DNA of 64,000 nucleotides from Thelocarpon superellum (Eukaryota): NCBI GenBank assembly GCA_026025795.1, contig JAPEUG010000042.1, positions 1 to 64,000 of the forward strand, read 5' to 3'. Shown piece by piece: positions 54,241 to 64,000 of this stretch (position 1 is its first letter; each line of letters starts with the position of its first letter). The notes under the pieces were generated by a model. It saw only the letters and a program-made list of their open reading frames with translations, ran no database searches and was not told where the DNA came from. The position numbers and the translations under genes were made by a program.

Positions 54241-55032
54241 CGCCCTCTCGGCGGATTCTTTGGGAATCTGTTCAAATGTTTTGGCCCTTGAATTCGAGAG
54301 CTTGAGAGATCGCCGCGGCTCGGGTTCGCATGCAAGTTTGGTCATCTTCTACTGTAGGAATCAGAGTTGAGGCGGACATACTGCGCGGAGCTAGGATATT
54401 GCATGGGAGCGCACGTGACTATCTCACGTGCGCCACCTGTACTCCACCAATTTTGGCAAGAGGCAGGATCGAAGTGTTGAAGGTTGGATGTTGGGTCGCG
54501 ACCAAGATGGGAGAAAATGCCATGAGAGCAGAACATCAAAACATCAAAACATCAAAACAGAAGAACATCGGGTCTAGCTATGCTGTGCCATGTCTCAGAT
54601 GTATCTGTGTAGCAATACGATTGGTCTGACACAATTGACGTGCCAAGCTACTCCTGCTTAGCCACTCGTGCATCAGGGTCAGCGTAGCAAAGCACGCATT
54701 GTAACCCTTCAGACATAGCTCAGCCCAACTCAATGCAGGGATGGGTGGCTTGCAGCCCAACAGGACTGATGGCTTCTATCTTTATCTCGGATGCCACAAT
54801 GATACTGGCTTGCGCTTTCTTCATCCTGGCCGGCTCGAGGCCGAGTCACATTGGTCTTGTCTCGTCGATCAAGCGGTGCTCAGATTGCGGAGTTATAAGA
54901 CTCGTCCCTCGACAAGCCCTTGGCTGCCCTCACCGATCGTCAATTGGACCTCAGAATCCCGGGAGATGCCCATAAGCAATGACTCGGTGAGATCTAGTCG
55001 TCCGATCATCTCCTGCGTGCCCAAGTCTCGAC

Positions 55033-57063
55033 ATGCTCTTCTTTCGCGGCATCCTGACATGGACCATGCTGTTGTTGATGAGAGGAAGCGGGGGCCATTC
55101 TCGACATATCCTCGCGACCAAGGGCGTCGGTGGGTTCGAATCGCCGCTCGTGGCCCGTGGCGGCGTATGCTTGTCCACCGACGACCTCAAGACCCAGCAA
55201 GCCGTGGTGATCCGGACTGACGACGGCGACCCCATAGTCGTGCCCACCTATGCCACCGAGGAGGCAAGTGCCGCCGGGCGAGCCTTATTGCAAACAGCTA
55301 GCCGGGCGCTCGCACCTGTACCCGCTGGTCTGTCTGTTGTCTTCCTTGTCATCGACATCCGGAAGCATGACACGAAGGGGACCACCTTTGCCGCCGTGGG
55401 CCTCGCGATCGGCTTGATAGCGCTCGTGGACCAGCCAACCGGGTGGGTCCTCGGCGCCATCTTGGTTCTGATCATGGCGGCCGCGGACGATCTGAAGAAC
55501 CAAGAGGCCGCACCGCGGAACAATGCGACGCAGATCATCAATCTGCAGATGTTCGGACAGAAGGACGGGTCGCCCAATGACCCGTGTGCGGCTCATGGAA
55601 ACGTGACGTGCTATGCGTCGTATGGGCCCGCGACCATCTCGCAGCTGTTTGGCTGGAGCACCTTCGAGGCGGTGGTGTTCCTCATCCACTTCAATCAGGG
55701 CTGCGCCATGACCGTGGCGCAGATGGCCAAGGCCTTCTACGTCAATGACCCCAAGGTGGCTAATGACGGCATGAACCAGGTAGCGACGATTGATTGCCAC
55801 AACGGCAAAGCTTCGGTCGATCGAGGCGGCGAGGTCTATGGTGATCTTCCGCAAAACTGCGCACACCCCACCTTCTCCATCAAGAAGCAACTCATCACGT
55901 TGCCGCTGCTGAACCAGACGGCCGACCGGATCGAGCCTCGCATCATCCCCAACCCGGGCGGCGATTGCCTCGTCTACGACACCCTGGCCCAGCCGGAATA
56001 CCGCAGCGAGCTGAACGTCACCCTCGTCGGCAACCCGGTCGCCATCACCTGTGGCTTGGTCGCGGCGGTCAACAACGACGGCGTGCTGCAGCCATTGGGA
56101 AGGCCCGTGGCCAACGCGAGCGTGTCGGTGAATGGGACCACGGTGGACGGGACGACGGGCGAGACGGCCGCACTGATCTCGCAGCTGCTGGCCGCCGGAG
56201 CCGATCTAGGTGGCGCAGCCGGGGACAGCGGCAACTCGTCGGAGCTGGTGAACTCGCTCTTGGCCAACGCCAGCGCCGCGGGCCTGATCTCATCCAACAC
56301 CAGCTCGACGGATGGAGCGTCTGGCCACTACATTGCACCGCCGTCCTCGCCCCCGCCATGGCAGCCGGTCGATGAGAGCAGCATGGTCTTCCTGGGGGAC
56401 GGTAATGATACCTTTGGCCTGCCGAATGGGACGTATCGGTCCGATACGCGGAGCTTCGGCTTTGCCGGGAAGGCCATCAACACCCTGAGCGTGCCGGCGG
56501 GCGGCTCACTTAGCTTTTTCTGGGGGACCAACGATGGACGGCCGGTGCTACGGAACCCGCGGCCCAAGTTCACCTCGGCGCAGACGGCATCTGATCACGA
56601 CTTTGTCAAGGGCATGGCCTGGTTGCGACTCTGGGACACCAAGACGTTTGACGTCGTCGTCCCCCACGTGTCGTCATCCGTGTGCCTGTTTACGGAGGTC
56701 AACTTTGGCGGCCAATACCTCTGCGTCAGTGCCGGCGGCGGCAACGTCACGGACGACATCCGGAACAAGGCGAAGAGCATCTCGATCAACAACGGGCTCC
56801 GGGTCTACATCTTTCCCGACTACTACGGCGCGCTCGGAGAGCGGTTGCTGACGTCGAGCCAGGCGGATTTGTCGGCCGTTGCGTTGGGAAATGGAGATTT
56901 CTCCGAGCGCATCGGGGCTTTGTGGATTGACGACGGGACGGGCATGAATGCCACCGGCTCAGGGATAGGCGTGGACCCAGGGAATGTCGTATTTGATGGA
57001 TTTGGCAATCCAGTCGGTCAGGGGTCGGCCCAAAACTCGTCGGGAGGTGCCGATGTGCTGTAA
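55033..57063 (+). CDS. Putative secreted/membrane protein, 676 aa, intronless, with C-terminal beta/gamma-crystallin-like domain
   Basis: Hydrophobic N-terminus, cluster of hydrophobic helices (aa ~95-150), Cys-containing middle, many N-x-S/T sites; VCLFTEVNFGGQYLC...NKAKSISI..GLRVYIF Greek-key-like motif. Confidence 0.7.
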   Translation: MLFFRGILTWTMLLLMRGSGGHSRHILATKGVGGFESPLVARGGVCLSTDDLKTQQAVVIRTDDGDPIVVPTYATEEASAAGRALLQTASRALAPVPAGLSVVFLVIDIRKHDTKGTTFAAVGLAIGLIALVDQPTGWVLGAILVLIMAAADDLKNQEAAPRNNATQIINLQMFGQKDGSPNDPCAAHGNVTCYASYGPATISQLFGWSTFEAVVFLIHFNQGCAMTVAQMAKAFYVNDPKVANDGMNQVATIDCHNGKASVDRGGEVYGDLPQNCAHPTFSIKKQLITLPLLNQTADRIEPRIIPNPGGDCLVYDTLAQPEYRSELNVTLVGNPVAITCGLVAAVNNDGVLQPLGRPVANASVSVNGTTVDGTTGETAALISQLLAAGADLGGAAGDSGNSSELVNSLLANASAAGLISSNTSSTDGASGHYIAPPSSPPPWQPVDESSMVFLGDGNDTFGLPNGTYRSDTRSFGFAGKAINTLSVPAGGSLSFFWGTNDGRPVLRNPRPKFTSAQTASDHDFVKGMAWLRLWDTKTFDVVVPHVSSSVCLFTEVNFGGQYLCVSAGGGNVTDDIRNKAKSISINNGLRVYIFPDYYGALGERLLTSSQADLSAVALGNGDFSERIGALWIDDGTGMNATGSGIGVDPGNVVFDGFGNPVGQGSAQNSSGGADVL

Positions 57064-60000
57064 GGCCATCTGCCTCGGTATGGTCATGACGTGGTGAGGA
57101 GACCCATCACTGTACCTACCCGCTTGATGGGAACAATACTAGTGCCTGCTCGCAGCTACTCGTGGCCGGCGCGAGTTCGGACGTTTTCTCATGGAGAATG
57201 AGCATCGCGAAGGAGTATTATCGTTGGACATCTGCCACGGACCTCGTCTGTTAGCAATCTCAGGCAAGGTATCATAAACATCTCCGGCATGTTCGACCAA
57301 GTATTCCGGTTTTGCGCGGATCCAAACATTTGCCACTAAAGGAACCACACAAAGCTCACTCATCTCCTCCTACCTCTCCTTGTTGCGCAGGGAGAATACA
57401 GTGTAGATAGTCTCAAGGCTCGCTATTGAAACTCTGCTTAGGACTCCCTATACCAGTCATGTAGGAACCAACAAAGCAGCATTTCCCACTCCGCCTTCCA
57501 TGACCAACTGCTGATTATGTCATCTTCCAACATTCCTCGACGCGGAACCCCGTCACATGATCCCGTGACGTCATTCCCGTGCCTCCGCCGCATTGCCATC
57601 TTCATGATGGTCGGCGTGTGTTTCGGGCAAGGTCGAGACCGACGACGTGGCGATGGATAGCATCGACAGGCGCGTGCCGATCGTGTCAACAGTGGCTACA
57701 TGGACTGGGGACGATGTACTCCGTCGCAGTATGAACTCAGCACGGAGACCAAGCCTCGCCTTTGTCGCCCGTCGCTCTAGGGTCAGTCGCGATTAGCTTG
57801 CTTGCTATCACCTCTAGTAGCAACGAGATCACATCTCGGCCACACTTCATTTCCAGCCCGCATACTTTCTCACGTCTAGTCTGAAAGCTTGACGATCCGG
57901 CCAGCAATGTCACGAGCGTCATCTGGAGGCCAAAAGTTTCACGCTAGAAGGTCTCTCGAAGGGCTCCAGAAGGTCAATGGAAGCGCCTTCATGCGGCGTG
58001 ATCCTCGACCCCCTCGTCATCCCCGTCAGCCTTATTCTGTCGATCGCGCTCGTCTTCTCAAACGATCATCCAAATGGTGGAAATCTACGCATGCGACGCT
58101 CATGCTTGCAGCCATTGAAGGATCGACCTCGCACAAAACCCAGTAGCGCGGAACACGACTTGCTGCAAAAGATCGACGAGCAATAATGCGTAGCGATGGG
58201 TGGGCCGGGGGGGGGGAGACGCTAAGAAAACTTGACAGAAGGTAAAAAGGAGATTTGTCCGGGATGATGGTGTTCAAGCGAGGAAGATCGTCGCCGAAGA
58301 CGTGTCCATGAGTACGATAGTATGTTAGCTATACGCAGGATGGCACGGTCCGAACGCCGGCTAACTCGACACGTCTCACCGGTCTCCATGATGATCCCGC
58401 CTACCTTCGCGCCGACGCACGCCCACTCGCAGCTACCTAGGGCTGAGCTACCAGTCCGAGCTCGGGTCGGACAATCCCCAGCGAGAGTACGGGCATTACT
58501 TTGGTCCTCGTACATGCTTGCGAGGGTTCCTTCCAAACTTTCACCCGTCATCGTCATCTTCGCGTGGTAGATTCGCCTTCAGAGCTGTAACAAACTAGAA
58601 GCCGCATGGAAAATTCCGCCATCCTTCGATTTTTCCCGCGTCATGCCGGGCGCCCTTCACTAACGTTAGGCGGCGGGGCGCGTCATGCCCATCCTCCTGT
58701 AGCTAGAGAACAAGCCCGACGGCTCGTTCTCATCTCCATCACCCTACTCAGCCTTACGATGGCTCGGTATCGTTGACAGCTCTCTAGTCTCTTCCGTCGT
58801 GCATGATCATCCCGTGCCCTCATTGCGTTGCCCACGTCGCAAAGCGACAGATTGTTCTCGGGCCGCCTGTCTCATCGTCGCGGCCCTCCCCCACCCCCGA
58901 GTCGTCGTCGCGTTCGAGCTGAGCAGCTGGCGATACAAGCGACATGGTGTGTCCAGGACGGCATGATCGGTCGGGGAAAGCACAGGGGGCCGTCTGTCGC
59001 GTTGCCGAACAGGGCCAACTCAAGGGTGTGCGTGCGCATCGACGATACACGCCCACCCGCACATGCGCTCTCTTCAAGCCACCCCTACGTAGATCAACAT
59101 GGACATAAATTTAATGCAGTGCATCATGTTACGACACCTTTGGCGGCGAGTTTGGTCCATGTCTCAGGCAACTTCGTCATGCACAGGCGCACAAAAGAAA
59201 GCAGGAAAGCGAACGATTGTGCCAGGCCAATTCATAACGGAGCCGTTACGAGTACACTCCTTACCCCAACGCGGGTCACGAAGACAGGTCTTGCCAGATA
59301 TGCTCTGATTGGCGGTCGCGCCGACCGCACAACTTGCAACGCAACCTGACCTCTTAATGTCGCAGTTATGCCGGACCTGTGCAGCGATCTGCCGGATCGC
59401 CGTGGTCCGCGTAGTGCTGACCCAACTATATGCTCGTGGCCCTACCATCCCGTACCTGTACTCTACGGAGGACTCGTCTCCTACGGTGGACGAGAGGCTG
59501 GCAGAGGGTACTCGTAAGCGAGCGTCGTCTACGATTTCGTGAATGGCCCGGGGCTCCCCCCGCCGCTTGATTGGTGGTCGCTGTGTGGCAGCGGCTAGCG
59601 GGAGACGAGTGGCCGACATCCCTGTCGGAAAACAACAATGCCGAATGGCGGGCGACGGTGCCCGCCAATTAGTGAGGCGGAGCATTGCGAGCAACCAAGT
59701 GGTCATGGCCAGAGAGGTCAGCCAACCACCACTAATCCACCTTCTACCAGCCCTGGGCTTCTCGTAACCATGGCCGGCTGCTAAAGATCCCCATTTTGAT
59801 CACTTTCCTGACTGCATTGTTTATACCCATCTATCCTCTATCCTCTACCCATCTATCCCCTTATCGCAATTCGTGTCGCTACATCGCCATCGCGACATTG
59901 CTTCCGCATAGTGGACGGCCACACCTGCTTGCGTCCCCTCGGCGACGTCGCGATCTGCTGGCCGATCGGTATATCCATCCCCGCAGCGAGCCACACATTC

Positions 60001-60272
60001 CATCACTTCCACCGGTGAGTGCAATGCCTCTCACCGTGTCCGCGCATGCATCCTGACGTCAACAAGAGCCATTGCGACCGCAACGACGTCCATCCTTCCA
60101 TCCACTTACTATCCTGCCCACGACCGTGGCGACCGCAATGCACAGCGCGCATGATTAGCCACCGCCCTAGACATACTTACCTACATCCGCGGCCGTTAAC
60201 AACGGCCCCGCGTCTCCACGTCCATCGCCCCCGTATCCCCCACCTGTCGATACCCCCCTCATAGAAGAGACC

Positions 60273-60413
60273 ATGGTTAGCTACAACGTGACGATCGCAA
60301 TCATCATCGTCGTGCTGTTCGTCGTGATTGGTCTGGTCGGCTACGGCATCTTCTTCCTCAACCAGCGGGTGCGATTGGCGCGAGCGAGGGTATTAGAGAT
60401 ATCCGACGACTGA
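60273..60413 (+). CDS. 46-aa single-pass membrane microprotein (below the ORF-track cutoff)
   Basis: ACCATGG context; MVSYNVTIAIIIVVLFVVIGLVGYGIFFLNQRVRLARARVLEISDD*; C/G-ending codons, TM helix followed by an Arg cluster. Confidence 0.6.
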   Translation: MVSYNVTIAIIIVVLFVVIGLVGYGIFFLNQRVRLARARVLEISDD

Positions 60414-61012
60414 TGAGTGGAAAGGCCCCCGCGGGCGTCAGGGTGGATGAGGGACATACGAGGAAGCCAGAAGGAGGGAAAACGGAGGGAAGCGAGGCGG
60501 TTGGCGGGGCTCTGGAGTCTCGTCAGACGCACCTATCTTGGCATTACGACTGGTGGAGATCTGCATAGATTTGGGCTGGAACTTGGGTGCTCGTTGTGCT
60601 GGATATGTCTCGAAGCGACGTTGTGATCTTGGTGCCGTCGTGGGCAAGTCCACGGAGTGTAAATACCGCTTCAACCAGATATTGGAGTAGCTATTGTGTA
60701 CGTAGCATTGTATGAAGACATTAGCCACGGGGATGATGCATGATTGATAAATGAAGAGCAAGTCTATCGAGGAGCGTACGACAACGCCAAGGTCCGTGTG
60801 CGCTATGACACTAGCAAGCAATCGACGAGAGATGTGCGTGCAACCCGGCCAAGGGAGCGACCAAAGAAAAGTAGAGAGCTCCCTCCCGCTCATATGCGCA
60901 CGCGGATATCTGGCAGACAAGAAATGTCAAAAACACACGCAGTCTATAGTGGTGAACTCCAATCCATGACGGCCGACACATCTAAACCCCTTGGTGCGCT
61001 CCGCCAACTGTC

Positions 61013-62689
61013 TCAGGTCCAGAGATAAGACACCGACCTCGACCCCGATCCGGCCCCGGCTGAACCGGACTTGCCCGCTTCCAACCGGCTGGGCGTGGCC
61101 TCGTGCGGCCGAGGGGCCGAGGCCTCGCGTGGTGCTTCGCGTGGGACGGACCGACGGGCTTCCGACGGCTCGGAAGGTCGTCGCGGCTCGACCGGATCAT
61201 CCGTCTCCATGGTGTCGTCGTCGTCATCGCCACCCTCAAAGTCGCGAGGATGAGACGTGGGGTCCTCTGCAGACCGACCGCCTGATCGACCAAGGTTGTA
61301 TAAAAATTCCTTGGACGCCTCTGTTGGGCCAAGTGACCGCTGCCCCGCCAGACCAGCGCTCGGCCGACTCTCGTGTACGACGGCCTTCCATTTGGCCAGG
61401 AGTCGGTCGTAGTCCCAGGTAGTGAGCGCCGCGCTGGGACCACCTTTGATCTGTCGCAGCGTCTCCGAGGAGATGGGCAGGTTCGTGGGCGGGTGCAACA
61501 GGAATTCACGCGGCTGCTGTTGATGGTTCAATCGGTCCACTTGGGCCTTGAGATTCTCCACCTCCTGTCGGGCCAGCTCAAGCTGCGTTACCGTCTCCTT
61601 GCGCTGGCCTTGCTCGCGTGAGTAGGCGCGAAGGAGCTCTAAGCGCCACGCGTCTTGCTTCTGCTTCTCGGGCAGCTGCGACCAATGGTTGAAGGCATCC
61701 GCCAGATGCTGGAGCACCTTGCCCTCTTCCCGCTCGTTCGCTTGCGCCACGTCGGTCGGCGAGGTGCTCTCGGCTTGATCGAGTCCTTCGACGATGTCAC
61801 GGAGCGACGTCGTTCGCGCCGGGCGCGTCTCGCCGCCGACGCGGTCAGACCGCCACTGCTCGTAAAATCGGCGGAAGTGGCGCGTCAGCGCCTCGAACTG
61901 CATCTGCCCGGGTGCGTCGGTGGACCAGGAATCAAGCGCCGGGAAGGGCTCGGTGGAGAAAAGGGTGGGAGGGGGCGAGAGACACTGCAGCACGAGGCCA
62001 GGGAAGGTACAGGCAAAGGGATCAAAATCGAGTGGCGTGGAGGCACGCACGGCGCGGGTACTATGAACGCACGTTAGCATAGTCTGGCCGGGCGCGGGGA
62101 CGAGCGTGCGCGACGAGGGAGGGAGGTCGCCCCACCTGGCCGCCTTGATGCTGCCCAAGACTTCTTGCAACGCCAGCTCTGCCGCATGGCCATGGTCGAG
62201 GGCCTCGCGCACCTTCAAGCGCTGGTCCAGACTGGTGCGCGAGGGATGGCCTCGCGACACCTCTCGTCGCCCGGATGGCCGCGAGCCCGTCTCGAGATCG
62301 CGAGCGGCGGCCCGGCCGGAGCGCCAGTCCGCCTCGCTGTAATGTGCGGGGCCTCGCCCGCCAAAGGACTCCAGCTGCAACACGCGCAGCGAGGGCGAGG
62401 TCATCGAGGCCTCGGGTGAGGCGTGGGCGGAGATGGAGCTGGCCCCGCGTGAGGTGCGCGCCTGCCGGCGGGTGATGCCGCCCCGCGCCTTGCGGATGGC
62501 CTCGATGTCGTGCACGCCATCCGGAGGCTTGGGGTTCTTGTCCTTGATGTAGAGGTCAAGGTGACGACCCAGCGAGGACGACGTGAAGGCTTGGTTGCAG
62601 TAGGGACACTTCTTGTCCTTGGGCGCCGACGACCGGGCCACGCCCTGGTCGGCGCTGGAGCCCGGTGTGCTCGGCGTGGCTTCCGCCAT
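61013..62689 (-). CDS. Conserved fungal hypothetical protein with Zn-finger-like N-terminus and coiled coil; in-frame intron 62061-62135; start and 3' end approximate
   Basis: KDKKCPYCNQAFTSSSLGRHLDLYIKDKNPKPPDGVHD..IRK.RGGITRRQAR; FPGLVLQCLSPPPTLFST; WRLELLRAY coiled coil; GTGGGG..GCTAAC..TAG intron. Confidence 0.75.
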   Translation of the reverse strand: MAEATPSTPGSSADQGVARSSAPKDKKCPYCNQAFTSSSLGRHLDLYIKDKNPKPPDGVHDIEAIRKARGGITRRQARTSRGASSISAHASPEASMTSPSLRVLQLESFGGRGPAHYSEADWRSGRAAARDLETGSRPSGRREVSRGHPSRTSLDQRLKVREALDHGHAAELALQEVLGSIKAARWGDLPPSSRTLVPAPGQTMLTCVHSTRAVRASTPLDFDPFACTFPGLVLQCLSPPPTLFSTEPFPALDSWSTDAPGQMQFEALTRHFRRFYEQWRSDRVGGETRPARTTSLRDIVEGLDQAESTSPTDVAQANEREEGKVLQHLADAFNHWSQLPEKQKQDAWRLELLRAYSREQGQRKETVTQLELARQEVENLKAQVDRLNHQQQPREFLLHPPTNLPISSETLRQIKGGPSAALTTWDYDRLLAKWKAVVHESRPSAGLAGQRSLGPTEASKEFLYNLGRSGGRSAEDPTSHPRDFEGGDDDDDTMETDDPVEPRRPSEPSEARRSVPREAPREASAPRPHEATPSRLEAGKSGSAGAGSGSRSVSYLWT

Positions 62690-62847
62690 CGGGCGAGAGG
62701 CGGGGCTAGGCGATTGCGGAGGGGGTGACAGCAGCATGGACTTCACGAGAGCGAGACGACGAGATAGAACCACCCGATTGGGAGGAGCAGAGATGCGAGG
62801 ACACGCGCGCGCTGAGAAGGAGGGAAAGACGAGGCAAGCCGCGTGGT

Positions 62848-62911
<64 letters not shown>
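62848..62911. repeat. Poly-G homopolymer, ~64 nt
   Basis: Directly visible upstream of the minus-strand gene. Confidence 0.95.
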
Positions 62912-62912
<1 letters not shown>

Positions 62913-64000
62913 GAGGAGGAGGACGTTGGGCAGGTGGAGTGAGAGGCGAGAGGCAGCGCAGGCGGACTTAGGTCGAAAGGTGATCAAGGAGGACGCACAA
63001 AGGATGGAAGCTGAAGGGAGGGATCAAGGCAGGATGGGATGACGAGTGAGAAGAGGCAGCGTCCTTCATACTCCAAGTCGGACGCGATACTTGGGCCAGG
63101 TGCCGCTCGGGGTCAAGCGACCCTTGTATTTGTGCGCCGCAGGGTCGGGAGTACGTGGACGGCGTGATCTACACGGTGCGCTTCTCCGGGCTTGAATGGG
63201 TCGCCTCGTTCAGACCGGGGGGTGTGTGGTGTTTGGTGGGCCGCGTGCAGAGCGCCATGTGCTGCATCAGCCGGCGTGTAGGGCAGCGCAGGACGAACTT
63301 TGGCTTCGACGAAACTCGAGTCCCGAGACAGGCATTGCACGGACGGCGCTGGTGGAGTCCTGTCCAAGCGAGCTCAAGTTCACGCCTCAGCTTTCACTCA
63401 TCCGGCATATGCAGGTTCGAGAAGGTGTCAGAGGGGCTTCTAGCTCCTCGAAGGAACGGATTGTCGTCCGCGATGGTCGGGCAGGGGAAGGAGCGGACGG
63501 GAAGGGTGGGAGCGAGGGTGGACGGGAGACCAGTCAGGGAAGGGATGTGACGAAGCGAGAGGACGTGTCGGCCATGGCGGCGATGAGCCCGATGGCCGTC
63601 GGCCATCAACCGCGTGCCGACCTACTGCTCTAGTAGGTCGGCCACTGGTCGTTGACGGGCGGCCCTGGTCCTTGGGCGTTCTGCGACGTGCGCTAGACAT
63701 ACCGGTACACGCTGGCCGTAGAAGCTCTTCAGACATTCTAGTCGGAAGAGGCGATTCTAGTGGCAGCTCGACGTGGATCGCCTGCGGCTTACCTTTCCCA
63801 TCCTAGGGCGAGTGTCACTGGAGCGCCCCCGCGAGGGGGCCGGGGGCGCTCCAGGGTCCTCCGGGACACGACGATCACACTGCCGAGCGAAAGGTGCGGC
63901 CACCCACCCGGCCCCCACCCCAACCCCCGTCGTCAATAATATCACCGCGACTAGTTCCGCTAGTCACGAAATCTGCCGGTCGCCTGTGGATTTTAGGATG

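Noticed and set aside
57100..60200. Possible transposon remnant or RNA gene in the gene-poor region
   Set aside because: No transposase/RT motifs, terminal repeats, tRNA or rRNA signatures recognised
62613..63042. Poly-Gly / poly-Pro ORFs
   Set aside because: Translations of the poly-G homopolymer

Overview
GC-rich genomic DNA from a filamentous ascomycete (Pezizomycotina-like; short GT-AG introns with CTRAC/CTAAY branch sites). Most genes are ordinary intron-containing fungal genes: Egh16/CAS1-like secreted protein, KCH1/PRM6-like K+ transporter, REI1, AZUL-HECT E3 ligase, phosphoglycerate-mutase family, MFS DHA1-type transporter, AcuK/ERT1 Zn2Cys6 factor and riboflavin kinase. The outstanding feature is a ~21-kb block between the HECT ligase and PGM-family genes with an apparently complete, intact, intron-free bacterial-type Tc (ABC) toxin complex. 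It comprises a 3563-aa TcA-like gene (minus) divergent from a 2695-aa fused TcB-TcC gene (plus), whose post-RHS cargo ends in an unrecognised basic, possibly nuclease-like domain. No immunity, lysis or signal-peptide export elements are visible. A second accessory patch (51-57 kb) holds a frameshifted AIF/AMID-like pseudogene and two intronless orphan secreted proteins, one bracketed by an inverted repeat. A 46-aa membrane microprotein missed by the ORF track lies at 60273-60413. All family assignments come from motif recognition by eye, not database searches.
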